Part shown: one piece after another, positions 19,694 to 29,833 of the stretch
Layout of the letters: each line of letters begins with the position of its first letter
Numbering within the stretch: position 1 is the stretch's first letter
NCBI GenBank assembly: GCA_965198065.1
Contig: CBDAON010000004.1
Location: 960,001 to 1,024,000, forward strand
Reading direction: 5' to 3'
Source of the DNA: Longimicrobiales bacterium
Lineage (GTDB): Bacteria; Gemmatimonadota; Gemmatimonadetes; Longimicrobiales; Gaopeijiaceae
Length of the DNA: 64,000 bases
Notes under the pieces: model-generated
Database searches by the model: none
The model's input: the letters and a program-made list of their open reading frames with translations, nothing else
Told to the model about the DNA's origin: nothing
Program-made: the position numbers and the translations under genes

Positions 19694-20713
19694 ATGCACG
19701 CTGGAACCGAGTGGCTCGGGCCCCCCATTCTGGCGGTCCTCACGCTCGCGACGCCCGACCGGGCGGCCGCCCAGGGGATCGCGGCGGACCTCGCGGGGCT
19801 CGCCCAGGAGAACGCGGAGCTGTTTGTCCAACCGCTGACCCGCGGCCTCGGATTCGCGATGGCCACGGGACTGTTCGACGGTGCCGAGCCTCTCGGCCGG
19901 TTCGGGTTCGACGTCGGGGCGCGGGTGAGCGCTGCGCTGCCTCCCACCGAGGCCGAGACGTTCAGCGCCGTGCTTCCGTTGAGCATCGAGTGGAACCGCC
20001 CCGGGCTCGGCCCGAAGACCTACCAGAGCTCGTTTCAGGCCAGAGGGGGCAGCTCCCTCACGCCGACCGTCGTGGGCGCGGGGGAGGGGGTGGTCCTCGA
20101 GCCCGCGGGAGCGTTCCGGAGCGACCTCCTTCTCGACGGCGAGGACCCGGCGGACTACGAGATCCGGTTCCCCGAGGGGCTGGACATTCCGGGCGTCCCG
20201 TTCCTCGTCGTGCACGCTTCCGTCGGCCTCGGCCTCGGAACGGACCTGAGCTTCCGCTTCATCCCCGAGATCGATGTGGACCAGGAGGTGGGCGGAGTTC
20301 GCGCCCGGGGATTCTCCGGCCGGCACGCCGTCTCGACGTGGTTCCCCTCTCCCATCGACATCGCCCTCGTGTTCGGATCCCAGAAGCTCGAGGTCGGCGA
20401 CTACCTCGAGGCGTCGTCCACGCAGTACGGGGTCGTCGCGGAACGCGGGCTCGGACCGCTCTCCCTCTTCGTCTCGGGAATCGCCCGCACGGCGAAGGTG
20501 GATATCTCTTACACGGTCGAGAACCCGGATGACAACCCCGGGCTTCCCCAGGACGGGTTCGAGATCGACTTCCGCGAGGATCTGGACTCCGGCGTCGCCC
20601 TGGGCGCGGGCGCCCGCCTCTCCCTCCTCTTCATGAACCTGACGGGGCAGTACGTGCTGGACGACTACAACGGCTTTTCCCTCAAGGTGGGATTCGGAGC
20701 AGGGAGGCGCTGA
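19694..20713 (+). CDS. Exported, probable outer-membrane beta-barrel protein (DUF6588-like)
   Basis: Signal peptide (AAAQG); amphipathic strands ending FSLKVGFG. Confidence 0.55.
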   Translation: MHAGTEWLGPPILAVLTLATPDRAAAQGIAADLAGLAQENAELFVQPLTRGLGFAMATGLFDGAEPLGRFGFDVGARVSAALPPTEAETFSAVLPLSIEWNRPGLGPKTYQSSFQARGGSSLTPTVVGAGEGVVLEPAGAFRSDLLLDGEDPADYEIRFPEGLDIPGVPFLVVHASVGLGLGTDLSFRFIPEIDVDQEVGGVRARGFSGRHAVSTWFPSPIDIALVFGSQKLEVGDYLEASSTQYGVVAERGLGPLSLFVSGIARTAKVDISYTVENPDDNPGLPQDGFEIDFREDLDSGVALGAGARLSLLFMNLTGQYVLDDYNGFSLKVGFGAGRR

Positions 20714-20746
20714 GGGTCGGTCGCGGCGGCAACCCCCTCCCTATCG

Positions 20747-21841
20747 TCAGGGCTGGGGATCCCCCTGCTGATTGACGCGCCGCTGCAAGACTGGTCGATC
20801 GTCCTGGTTGCCCGACGCAGGATCCAGTAGGCTCGGCGGCCCTGCGTCCAGCACACCTGGCGGAATTCCATCGAAGCGCGGGGTTGCGAGCCCAGTCGGC
20901 GTAAAGCCTGGCGCCACCGCGCCGGCCTGCTCGAGAAGGTTTAGCATCTCGGCCGTCGCGTCGATCGCCTGTCCGAGCTGAGCCCGGGACAGGACGAAGG
21001 GTGCCATGGGACCCACCCTGGCCCGCACGTCCGGTGTCCCCGCCTCTCCCGGGAACCGCTCCCGGAACGCGAACTGCGGAAGCCCCGGAAAGGGCGGGTT
21101 CGGGTAGGCTACCCGGCTGCCCTGATAACGGGTGACCGGGTAAAAGTAGGGATCATTGAAGATCACCACCTGCACGAGCGGGCACGCCTGCTCGTAGGGG
21201 TTCCAGGCCGCGAACGGCACAGGCTCGTGGCACTGGTAGCAGAGGAAGCGCGGAAAGGAGAAGGTCTGCTCCACGTGATAGGCCGTGAAGTCGAGGGCTA
21301 GCTCCAGGCGCTCGGCGTTCGGCAGGAACAGCCGCATGAGGTCGTCCACGGACACGTAGGGGTCCTGACCGATTCGGACACCCGCTCCCGACAGCGCCCA
21401 CTGCCGCCCCGCGTCGCCCTCGGCAAGCCACCCGAAATAGAAGGGCCGCTCGGAGGCAAGGATGAAGAAGTACCCGACCCCGGGCTCGCCCTCCACGAGC
21501 CAACCCTCGGACGCGGTTGGAATCAACCGATAATCGCTGCCCCCCCGCACTTGATGGAGCTGGTCGTCCGGGCCGGACGGGAGGACGAGCCTTAACGCCC
21601 CGTCCGTGTCCACGTGAAGAATGGCGACGTACGCGTCGTCTGACGATCGGTAATAGACGCGGACCCGGTCCCCCTGCTCGAACACCGGGTCTACCCCGCG
21701 GTCCATCCAGATCCTCGCCTCCATCCGGCCCGGCCCGCCGCTCCGGAGTGTCAGCTGCGCGCCGACGAGCTCCTGACCGCCGGCGAGGGCGAGGGTCAGG
21801 CAGGCGAGCGTAGCCGCCGGGAGTCTCTTGCTCACGTTCAT
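20747..21841 (-). CDS. Exported DUF4384-like domain protein with CxxCH motif
   Basis: Signal peptide; FEQGDRVRVYYRSSDDAYVAILHVDTDG..LVLP; FLCYQCH. Confidence 0.7.
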   Translation of the reverse strand: MNVSKRLPAATLACLTLALAGGQELVGAQLTLRSGGPGRMEARIWMDRGVDPVFEQGDRVRVYYRSSDDAYVAILHVDTDGALRLVLPSGPDDQLHQVRGGSDYRLIPTASEGWLVEGEPGVGYFFILASERPFYFGWLAEGDAGRQWALSGAGVRIGQDPYVSVDDLMRLFLPNAERLELALDFTAYHVEQTFSFPRFLCYQCHEPVPFAAWNPYEQACPLVQVVIFNDPYFYPVTRYQGSRVAYPNPPFPGLPQFAFRERFPGEAGTPDVRARVGPMAPFVLSRAQLGQAIDATAEMLNLLEQAGAVAPGFTPTGLATPRFDGIPPGVLDAGPPSLLDPASGNQDDRPVLQRRVNQQGDPQP

Positions 21842-21859
21842 GGATGCCCGCGTGCCCTA

Positions 21860-21875
21860 AGCAGAGATCGTGCCA
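21860..21875 (-). promoter_or_regulatory. sigma54 (-24/-12) promoter TGGCACGATCTCTGCT
   Basis: GG-N10-GC spacing, one mismatch to TGGCACG-N4-TTGCW, 18 nt upstream of ATG 21841. Confidence 0.7.
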
Positions 21876-22023
21876 CGATCGATGGGGGTCGTGAGCCGGG
21901 AACGCCCCGCGTCCGGGCCCCGGTCGGCCCGCCTTCCGGCGAGGGGCGACCTCCCCCTCACGGCCCTTTGGTGTCCTCCACGGAGGACGCCCCGACGACA
22001 CACTTGGAGTACACGTAGCCGGA

Positions 22024-22052
22024 TTGCCCCCAAAACGTTCCACGGGTACCTT
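22024..22052 (+). promoter_or_regulatory. sigma70-type promoter TTGCCC-N17-TACCTT
   Basis: Ends 10 nt upstream of the DUF58 ATG. Confidence 0.5.
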
Positions 22053-22062
22053 CGCACGTTCC

Positions 22063-22992
22063 ATGACGCAGACCTCCACGGCCCCCGCGCGGTCCCGCCG
22101 CGCGGACCTTCTCACGCCTCAGGATCTGGCGTCCCTCGGGGGACTCGAGATCCTCGCCAAGGCGGTGGTGGAAGGGTTCTTCCTCGGCCTCCACCGCTCC
22201 CCCCACCGGGGGTTCTCCGCGGAGTTCGCCGACCACCGGGGCTATCGTCCCGGGGACGACCTCCGGCACATCGACTGGCGCATGTTCGCGCGGTCGGACC
22301 GCTACTACGTGAAGCAGTTCGAGGAGGAGACGAACCTCCGGGCTCACCTCCTTCTCGACGTGAGCGCGTCGATGGGGTGGACGTCCAGCCCGGGAGCCCT
22401 ACCGACCAAGCTCTGGTACGGACGAACGCTCGCGGGCGCGCTAGCCCTGCTCCTGCTCCGGCAGGGAGACCGGGCAGGGCTGGCCCTGTTCGACGACCGA
22501 ATCCGGTCGTGGGTCCCGTGCCGCGGCGGGCGCCAGCAATGGGTGGAGTTCGTGCGCCGGCTGGAGTCGATCGAAGCGTCGGGAACGACCGACGCTTCGC
22601 CGGCCCTGAGGGAAGTGGCTCTTCGGCTCAGAAGGCGGGGGCTCGTTATCCTGCTCTCGGACCTGCTCCTGGACCCGGGGGCGACCCTGCACGCGCTTCG
22701 CTACCTGCGCCATCGGGATCACCAGGTCATGCTGTTCCACATCTTCGACCCGGGCGAGCGGGATCTCGGCGGGGCCGGAGACGCGCGGTTTCGGGACCCC
22801 GAGACGTCCGAGGAGCTGCTTGTGGACGTCGCGGAGGTCCGTCGGGAGTATCGGGAGGCGGTCGACCGCTCGATCGACGAATGGCGGCGAGCCCTTCGCC
22901 CGAGCGGCATCGAGTATCAGGTCGTCGAAACGTACCAGCCGCTCGGGCAGGCGCTTCGCGCGTTCCTCCGGAAGCGAGAGAGGCTCGGCTGA
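22063..22992 (+). CDS. DUF58 / vWA domain protein (MoxR-associated family)
   Basis: GLHRSPHRGFSAEFADHRGYRPGDDLRHIDW, KQFEEET, LDVSASM, LSDLL. Confidence 0.9.
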   Translation: MTQTSTAPARSRRADLLTPQDLASLGGLEILAKAVVEGFFLGLHRSPHRGFSAEFADHRGYRPGDDLRHIDWRMFARSDRYYVKQFEEETNLRAHLLLDVSASMGWTSSPGALPTKLWYGRTLAGALALLLLRQGDRAGLALFDDRIRSWVPCRGGRQQWVEFVRRLESIEASGTTDASPALREVALRLRRRGLVILLSDLLLDPGATLHALRYLRHRDHQVMLFHIFDPGERDLGGAGDARFRDPETSEELLVDVAEVRREYREAVDRSIDEWRRALRPSGIEYQVVETYQPLGQALRAFLRKRERLG

Positions 22993-22995
22993 CCC

Positions 22996-24969
22996 GTGGC
23001 GTTCTTGAACCCCCTGTTTCTCCTCGGCCTTGCCGCGATCTCGGTCCCGATCCTCCTCCATCTGCTACGCCGCCGGGAGTCGCGCTTTCTTATCTTCCCG
23101 GCCCTCCGCTATCTGAAGAGGACCACGCAGGAGCACGCGCAGATCATTCGCCTCCGGCAGATCCTGCTTCTCGCGCTCCGGGTGCTGGCGGTCGTCCTCC
23201 TCATCGCGGCGGGCGCCAGGCCCGTCCTTCCGGTTGGGGGTCGGGACCATCCCCCGGCCGGGATCGCCCTCGTCGTGGACAACGGGATCACATCCGGCGG
23301 AATCGTCGGAGACGCACGCCTCCTGGACTCGCTCGTCCATCGCGCCAGCGAGGCTCTGGAACAGGCGGGAGCCAGGGACCGAATCTGGATTGTGCCCGCC
23401 GGAGAACCGTGGCGCCCCTCGGTCCCCCTGGGGTTGGACGAGGCGCTGGGCACCCTCACCTCGCTCCGGCACTCGGACGTCGGATCGGACCTCACGGCCG
23501 CGGTCGCTAGGGCCGGAGCCCTCCTGGACGCGGCGGTGCCGGAGCTCCGGGAGATCGTCCTCGTCTCGGACCTGAGGCGGGAAGCGCTTCCCGCACCCGA
23601 ACCGGGCGCGGAGCCTCGACCGGATCCGCTGACCGTGGCGCCTCCCCCCGGCGGCTCCAGGCCGAGCCGCGGCATCGCAAGCATCCGGGTGTCGGGCGGG
23701 CTCGCCCCGCGGGCCGGCGAGCCGGGAGAGATCCAGGTCGATGTTCGGGGCGAAGGGGCGGAGGGCATCGTGGTCCGGAACTACGTCGAGGACCGTCTCG
23801 TGGCCACGGGCACGGTCGGGCCCGCGGGTACGGCCATCCTGCCCCTTCCCCCCCTGGCCGCCGGATGGGTGGAGGGGAGAGTGGAGCTGGACCCGGACGA
23901 CCTCAGGGCGGACGACCGGGCTTACTTCGCGTTTCGGGCGATTCCACCGCCCGGGGTGACGACCGCCGGGTCCCTTCCCCCGGAGCTTATTGACGCCCTG
24001 GACGTGCTCGAGGACGCGGGGCGGATCCGGACCGCGGCCCCGGAAGATGCTGCGGTGCACCTCGTGAGCGCGGGCGCGGTGTCCACGCCCCCGCTGGGCA
24101 CGGCTGTCGTGCTTCTTCCGCCCGCGGACGCCGCGCTCCTCTCGTCCGCGAACCGGATCCTGGGTGAGCTCGCGCCGGGATGGCGATTCGATCCCGTGCC
24201 TGACGGGGAAGGTACGGAGCGGGAGGTCTCCGGGGGAACGCTCCTCCCTTCCCTCCCCATCCACCCGCGGGTGCGGATCGCCTATCGGATCCGGCCGGCT
24301 GGACCCACGGGCGCCTGGACCGAGCTCCTCAGCCTCTCGGACGGCGAGCCGTGGCTGGTCCACGTGGCGGCGGGGGGGCGGTCGATCTTCATCGTGGGCT
24401 CGCCGCTCGCCGAGGACGCGTCGAGCCTCCCCACGTCCGCCGGGATGGTCCCCTTCGTGGATCTCCTCACGTCCCTCCCGTCAGACGACGCGGGGAGCGG
24501 AGTGTACCGAACAGGCGACCCGATCCCGACGCCCGCCGGCGCGGTGGCTCTCCGCCTTCCGGACGAGACGACGAGGCCGCTCGGCGGCGTATCCAGCTAC
24601 CCGGAGACCGGGGAGGCGGGCGTTTACCGCTTCCTGGACTCCAGTGGCGAGATCGTCGGGCGGGTGGCGGTGAATGCCATCCCGCCCGGCCTCGACCCTC
24701 CCTACACGCCCGAGGAAGCCGCCGCCCGGCTCCAGAGCCGCTGGGAGGGGGCTCGGGCCGGGGACCGCTGGCCGGACGCAGTCCTCGAGGGTCGGACGGG
24801 CCGCGAGATAGGACGACCCCTCGCCGCGATCCTCTTTGTCCTTCTCCTCTTCGAGACCTGGCTCGCGGCCTCCGGAGCCGGTGGGCTCGGGATCTTCCGG
24901 GGCGCCGGCGGGGAACACTCCGACCTCTCCGCGACTAGGGAACGTCTCCAAACGCGGAGTTCGCCTTAG
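22996..24969 (+). CDS. BatA-domain (N-terminal double-TM) vWA-like membrane protein
   Basis: MAFLNPLFLLGL..PILLHLL..FPALRYL..LLALRVL..ARP; VSDL; C-terminal TM ending ETWLA. Confidence 0.85.
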   Translation: MAFLNPLFLLGLAAISVPILLHLLRRRESRFLIFPALRYLKRTTQEHAQIIRLRQILLLALRVLAVVLLIAAGARPVLPVGGRDHPPAGIALVVDNGITSGGIVGDARLLDSLVHRASEALEQAGARDRIWIVPAGEPWRPSVPLGLDEALGTLTSLRHSDVGSDLTAAVARAGALLDAAVPELREIVLVSDLRREALPAPEPGAEPRPDPLTVAPPPGGSRPSRGIASIRVSGGLAPRAGEPGEIQVDVRGEGAEGIVVRNYVEDRLVATGTVGPAGTAILPLPPLAAGWVEGRVELDPDDLRADDRAYFAFRAIPPPGVTTAGSLPPELIDALDVLEDAGRIRTAAPEDAAVHLVSAGAVSTPPLGTAVVLLPPADAALLSSANRILGELAPGWRFDPVPDGEGTEREVSGGTLLPSLPIHPRVRIAYRIRPAGPTGAWTELLSLSDGEPWLVHVAAGGRSIFIVGSPLAEDASSLPTSAGMVPFVDLLTSLPSDDAGSGVYRTGDPIPTPAGAVALRLPDETTRPLGGVSSYPETGEAGVYRFLDSSGEIVGRVAVNAIPPGLDPPYTPEEAAARLQSRWEGARAGDRWPDAVLEGRTGREIGRPLAAILFVLLLFETWLAASGAGGLGIFRGAGGEHSDLSATRERLQTRSSP

Positions 24970-25042
24970 TGCCGCCACAGTGGATGCGGCGGCGGCGAAT
25001 GCCAGCGGACTCCTGACTCGGGACCCCAGGCTAGAGCCGGCT

Positions 25043-28000
25043 TTGCCCGACCGAACACATCCGGTTCTGGAGGCCCTCCTTTCGCTCCCGTCCGTCCGGC
25101 GGCTCACTCAGGGGCTGCCTAGGGGCGGCGAGCGGATCGCCGTGGGCGGATCCGTGGGCTCGGCGGGGCCGGCGCTCGTCTCCGCGCTCAAACAGAGCCA
25201 CCCGATCCGGATCTTCGTCGCCGTCGCACCGGACCCCCTCCAGGCCGAGCGCGTCCAGAACGACTTCAAGACGCTCCTCGGCGCAGAGGCCTCGCACCTC
25301 TATCCCCAGTCCGAGACGCGCTTCTACTCCGAGGAGGAGTCGGACTCCGGGATCGAGGGGCTCCGGGTCGAAGCGATCGAGGCGCTGCTCGCAGACGGTG
25401 CGCGACTATTCGTCACGACCCCGAGGGCACTCCAAGAGCGGCTCCCCATCCCGGACCGGCTGGCGCAGCTCCGGCTTGAGCTCCAGGAGGGAGTGGAGAT
25501 CGGATTCGGCCTCCTGGTGGAAGAGCTCGGCGCCATGGGGTACGAGCGCGTGCCCCTCGTAGAGGAGCTGGGCCAGTTCGCCGTGCGCGGGGGGCTGGTG
25601 GACGTGTTCTCGCTCGGACTCCCGGACCCCGTTCGCATCGAGTTCTTGGGAGACGAGATCGTGTCGATCCGCACGTTCGAGGTAGGGGACCAGTGCTCCA
25701 CCTCGTCCCTTCCGAGCGTTCACCTGCTCCCGGCGTCGTTCGGCGCGGCGGCGCACGGGACGGGGAGGGTGGTCCGCTCACTACTCGAGGTGCTCCCGTC
25801 AGAGACGATCCTCGTCGGCCTCGGAAGCTCCGCGTGGGAGGAGGATTTTCGGCGGCACTGGACGCAGGCGCGGGAGATCCGCTCGGACCGAGAAGAGGGC
25901 GGGGAGTCCCTCGCTCCCCTGGAGGACATCCTCCTTCCTCCCGCGTCGGCCGCGGAGCGGGTCCGGAGCTTCCCGGTCCTCCGGGTGACGGGTGAGCCCG
26001 GACACGAGATGTCGCTCGAAGCGGGCGCGCCACCTGTGATCGAGCGGAAGATGGATCGCCTCGTGACCTTCCTCCGCGAGGAGTCCGCCCGGGGTCACCG
26101 GACCCTGATCCTCTGCGACAACGAGGGTCAGGTTCAGCGCCTGGAGGAGATCCTCGAGAAGGAGGGCGGCCGACTCCCCGGCGTCCAGGTCGGCGTGGGA
26201 ACCGTAGACGGAGGCTTCCGGCTCCCCTCGTCACCCCCGCTGACGGTGCTCACGGACCACGAGGTCTTCCGGCGCAGCCGGCGCGTTCGGTCCGGGCGGC
26301 GTTACCGGGGCGCGATGGCGCTCGAGAGCCTGGCCCAGTTGTCTCCGGGGGACTACGTCGTCCATATGGACCACGGAATCGGCCGGTTCCGAAGCCTCCA
26401 GCGGATCGAGGTGGGGGGCGAGGGCCTGGAGGTCCTTGCGATCGAGTACGCGGACGGCGAGACGCTCCACGTTCCCGTCTATCGCCTGGATCTCGTGGAG
26501 CGATGGGTGGGGGAGACGGAGGACTCGGAGCCCCCGGCGGTCCACCGCATCGGCGGCAAGCGCTGGAAGGCTCTGAGGAGGCGCACCGAGGAAGCAATCG
26601 AGCAGGCCACCCGTGAGCTGCTCGAGCTCTACGCGGAGCGCGAGCTCGCCCCGGGACACGCCTTCAGACCCGACACGACGTGGCAGACGGAGATGGAGGC
26701 GGCGTTCCTCTACGAGGACACCCCGGACCAGCGGCGGGCGACGAAGGACATGAAGCGGGACATGGAGACGGCCCGGCCCATGGATCGCCTGATCTGCGGA
26801 GACGTGGGCTTCGGGAAGACAGAGGTGGGAATCCGCGCCGCGTTCAAGGCCGTCCAGGACGGGAAGCAGGTCGCGGTCCTGGCGCCCACGACGATCCTCG
26901 TGGAGCAGCATCTCCGCACGTTCTCCGAGAGGCTCGCGGACTTTCCGGTGAAGATCGAGTCCGTGTCACGCTTTCGCACTCCCCAGGAGCAGAAGGCCCT
27001 TCTGGCTTCGCTCGCCGAAGGGAGAACGGACATCGTGATCGGGACTCACCGGCTCCTATCCGAGGACGTGCGGTTCAAGGATCTGGGGCTCCTGGTCGTG
27101 GACGAGGAGCAGCGATTCGGGGTGAAGCACAAGGAGAGGCTCAAGCGCCTCCGGGCCTCCGTGGACGTGCTCACGCTGACGGCCACGCCCATCCCGCGCA
27201 CGTTGCAGCTCTCCCTCGCGGGCATACGGAACCTCTCCCTAATCCGCACCCCCCCACGCGACCGGCTGGCCATCGCGACCCAGGCCATCCCGTGGACCGA
27301 CGACGTGCTCCGCGACCTCATGGCACGCGAGTTGGACCGGGGTGGACAGGTCTTCTTCCTGCACAACCGGATCGAGACCATCCGTGGAGTCGCGGACCAC
27401 GTGGCGCGGCTGGTCCCGGAGGCCCGCGTGGGAGTGGCCCACGGCCAGATGCGGGTCGGCGCGCTCGAGACGGTGATGCGAGGCTTCGTGCTCGGGGAGA
27501 TCGATGTGCTCGTGTGCTCGTCGATCATCGAGAACGGGCTCGACGTGTCGAACGCCAACACGCTCATCGTGGACCGGGCGGACCGCTTCGGGCTCGCGCA
27601 GCTCTACCAGATCAGGGGGCGCGTCGGGCGCTCCGATCGCAGGGCGTACTGCTATCTCATCGTGCCCGAGACGATCACGGAGGAGGCCCGGGAGCGGATC
27701 AAGATTCTCGAGCGCCACACTGAGCTCGGGAGCGGCTATCAGGTGGCGCTCCGCGATCTCGAGATCCGCGGGGCCGGAAACCTCCTCGGCGCCAGCCAGT
27801 CAGGGTTCGCCCACGCGGTGGGGCTAGACACCTACCTCCGTCTCCTCGAGGACGCCGTCCGCCGAATGAAGGAGGGCGGGCCCCTCGGCGAGGCCTTCCC
27901 CGACCCCGAGGTGGCGCTCCCGGGCTCCGCGTTCATCCCAGACCGTTACGTTTCGGATTCCGGCCAGAAGTTGCATCTTTACCGGCGGCTCTCGAAGGTC

Positions 28001-28360
28001 GAGGACCGCGCGGAGGTGGAGCGGCTCCGGGAGGAGTTGACCGATCGGTACGGTCGGCCTCCCGAGGAGGTCGAGCGCCTCCTCGACGCCCATCTTCTTC
28101 GCCTTCTGGGGAGGGAGCTCGGGATCGAGCGCATCTTCGTCAAGGATCGGGAGGCGAGGATCACCTTCCGGGCGTCGGCCGCCCCGCGGATGACCGCGCT
28201 GGAGGCTCCGTTGCGGGATCGCCAGCTCCGGATCGAGGTCCGGCGCATAGTTCCCCTCTCACTCGCGCTCGAGCAGGCCGGCCCCGAGCCCGTGACCCGG
28301 ACGCTCATCCGGGCCCTCGACGCGGTTGCCGGGGGTCAAACGAAAAAGGACGCGGCATGA
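25043..28360 (+). CDS. mfd: Transcription-repair coupling factor
   Basis: FAVRGGLVDVF, GDYVVHMDHGIG, DRLICGDVGFGKTEV, DEEQRFGV, QIRGRVGRS, RDLEIRGAGNLLG; TTG start inferred. Confidence 0.96.
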   Translation: MPDRTHPVLEALLSLPSVRRLTQGLPRGGERIAVGGSVGSAGPALVSALKQSHPIRIFVAVAPDPLQAERVQNDFKTLLGAEASHLYPQSETRFYSEEESDSGIEGLRVEAIEALLADGARLFVTTPRALQERLPIPDRLAQLRLELQEGVEIGFGLLVEELGAMGYERVPLVEELGQFAVRGGLVDVFSLGLPDPVRIEFLGDEIVSIRTFEVGDQCSTSSLPSVHLLPASFGAAAHGTGRVVRSLLEVLPSETILVGLGSSAWEEDFRRHWTQAREIRSDREEGGESLAPLEDILLPPASAAERVRSFPVLRVTGEPGHEMSLEAGAPPVIERKMDRLVTFLREESARGHRTLILCDNEGQVQRLEEILEKEGGRLPGVQVGVGTVDGGFRLPSSPPLTVLTDHEVFRRSRRVRSGRRYRGAMALESLAQLSPGDYVVHMDHGIGRFRSLQRIEVGGEGLEVLAIEYADGETLHVPVYRLDLVERWVGETEDSEPPAVHRIGGKRWKALRRRTEEAIEQATRELLELYAERELAPGHAFRPDTTWQTEMEAAFLYEDTPDQRRATKDMKRDMETARPMDRLICGDVGFGKTEVGIRAAFKAVQDGKQVAVLAPTTILVEQHLRTFSERLADFPVKIESVSRFRTPQEQKALLASLAEGRTDIVIGTHRLLSEDVRFKDLGLLVVDEEQRFGVKHKERLKRLRASVDVLTLTATPIPRTLQLSLAGIRNLSLIRTPPRDRLAIATQAIPWTDDVLRDLMARELDRGGQVFFLHNRIETIRGVADHVARLVPEARVGVAHGQMRVGALETVMRGFVLGEIDVLVCSSIIENGLDVSNANTLIVDRADRFGLAQLYQIRGRVGRSDRRAYCYLIVPETITEEARERIKILERHTELGSGYQVALRDLEIRGAGNLLGASQSGFAHAVGLDTYLRLLEDAVRRMKEGGPLGEAFPDPEVALPGSAFIPDRYVSDSGQKLHLYRRLSKVEDRAEVERLREELTDRYGRPPEEVERLLDAHLLRLLGRELGIERIFVKDREARITFRASAAPRMTALEAPLRDRQLRIEVRRIVPLSLALEQAGPEPVTRTLIRALDAVAGGQTKKDAA

Positions 28361-29808
28361 GAGCTGTTACAAAGGGCACGATCTCGGTGGCGCTGGCCGT
28401 CGCCGTGGTCGGATGCGATCGCGGCCTGGGGGAGGACGACCTCGCCCGCGCAGGGGATTTCACGCTAGGGATCGAGGAAGCGTCCGGAATCATCGCCCCC
28501 GTCCTGGGCCTCGGCAACGATGGTACGATCGTTCAGGCCGTCGCGGACTTCTGGACGGACTACACGCTGCTGGGATGGGCCATGAATCAGGAAGGCGAGG
28601 TCGATCGCCTGGACCTCTCCGACATCACGGCCGTCCAGGTCATGCACGAGCGCATCGAGCGGGTTCGCGAAGCCGTGATCCGGATCGAGGAGATTACGGA
28701 CGAGGACCTCCTTCAGATGTACGAGGAGGAACGACCGGCCGAGCAGGTGCAGGCTAGCCACGTCCTCCTCTTTTTCCCCGACGACGCCACCGCCAGCCAG
28801 CGCGACTCCGTGCAGGTGCTGGCCGAGGACATTCGGGACCAGGCCAGGGGGGGCGCGGACTTCGCGGAGCTGGCCCGGACGCACTCGGCGGATCTCGGCT
28901 CCGCCTCCATGGGCGGTGACCTGGGCTTTTTCCGCCGGGGCGAGATGGTGCTGCCCTTCGAGGAGGCCGCGTTCGCCCTCGAACCCGGGAGCGTGAGCGA
29001 CGTGGTGACATCGGAATACGGGCTCCACGTCATTCGTGTGGGGGAGCGGCGAAACCCAACCTTCGAAGAGTACGGCGAAGAGTACCGGGCCCAGATCAAC
29101 AACGAGTCGGCGATACAGGCCGAGACTGTCTTTCTCACACAGGTCGAGGCTGACGCGAACGTTCAGGTTGCCCAGGGAGCCGTTCAGGTCGCGCGTGACA
29201 TCGCCGCGAGGATGGACGAGCCTCTCCGCTCCGGCGAGGCCGACGAGACCCTCGTGACCTACGAGGGCGGCTCCGTTACGGCGGGCGAGCTGCAGCGATT
29301 CCTCGTCACCCAGCCCCGAGAGATCCGCGATCAGATCGACGCGGCCACCGACGAGCAGCTCAATGAGTTCCTCCGTCAGGTGACCCGGGACGAGCTTCTC
29401 GTGCAGGAGGCCGAGCGACGCGGGATCGCGCTGAGCAGGGGGGAGATCGAGGCGCTCGAGGATCAGCTCCGCCTCCAGTACACGCAGGCCGCCGGAATCC
29501 TCGGGATCGCCTCCATCGAGCCGAGTCCCGGGGAGAGCCTCCGGGACGCCCTGGACCGCGAGGTGAAAGCTCTCATCGCTCGCGTCGTCCGGGGTGACCA
29601 GGAGCTCGTGCCCCTCGGCGCGCTCGCGAACCCTCTTCGATACCTGTATGGCGCCGAGCTGTCCCGGCCGGGGATCCCGCGGGTGATCGAACGGATCATG
29701 ATCCTCCGCGCCGCGGAGACCGCGGGGGCCGCCCCCTCGGGAGACGCGCCCTCGACGCCTCCGACCCTGGAGCCCCCGCCGGCGGTGGACGGCGGGACGG
29801 GTCCCTGA
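28357..29808 (+). CDS. Parvulin-type peptidyl-prolyl isomerase lipoprotein (PrsA/PpiD-like)
   Basis: Lipobox VVGC; ASHVLL, FAELARTHSAD, GGDLGFF, FEEAAFAL, YGLHVIRV. Confidence 0.85.
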   Translation: MRAVTKGTISVALAVAVVGCDRGLGEDDLARAGDFTLGIEEASGIIAPVLGLGNDGTIVQAVADFWTDYTLLGWAMNQEGEVDRLDLSDITAVQVMHERIERVREAVIRIEEITDEDLLQMYEEERPAEQVQASHVLLFFPDDATASQRDSVQVLAEDIRDQARGGADFAELARTHSADLGSASMGGDLGFFRRGEMVLPFEEAAFALEPGSVSDVVTSEYGLHVIRVGERRNPTFEEYGEEYRAQINNESAIQAETVFLTQVEADANVQVAQGAVQVARDIAARMDEPLRSGEADETLVTYEGGSVTAGELQRFLVTQPREIRDQIDAATDEQLNEFLRQVTRDELLVQEAERRGIALSRGEIEALEDQLRLQYTQAAGILGIASIEPSPGESLRDALDREVKALIARVVRGDQELVPLGALANPLRYLYGAELSRPGIPRVIERIMILRAAETAGAAPSGDAPSTPPTLEPPPAVDGGTGP

Positions 29809-29833
29809 GAGGTCGGGTCCGGAGATCGAATCC

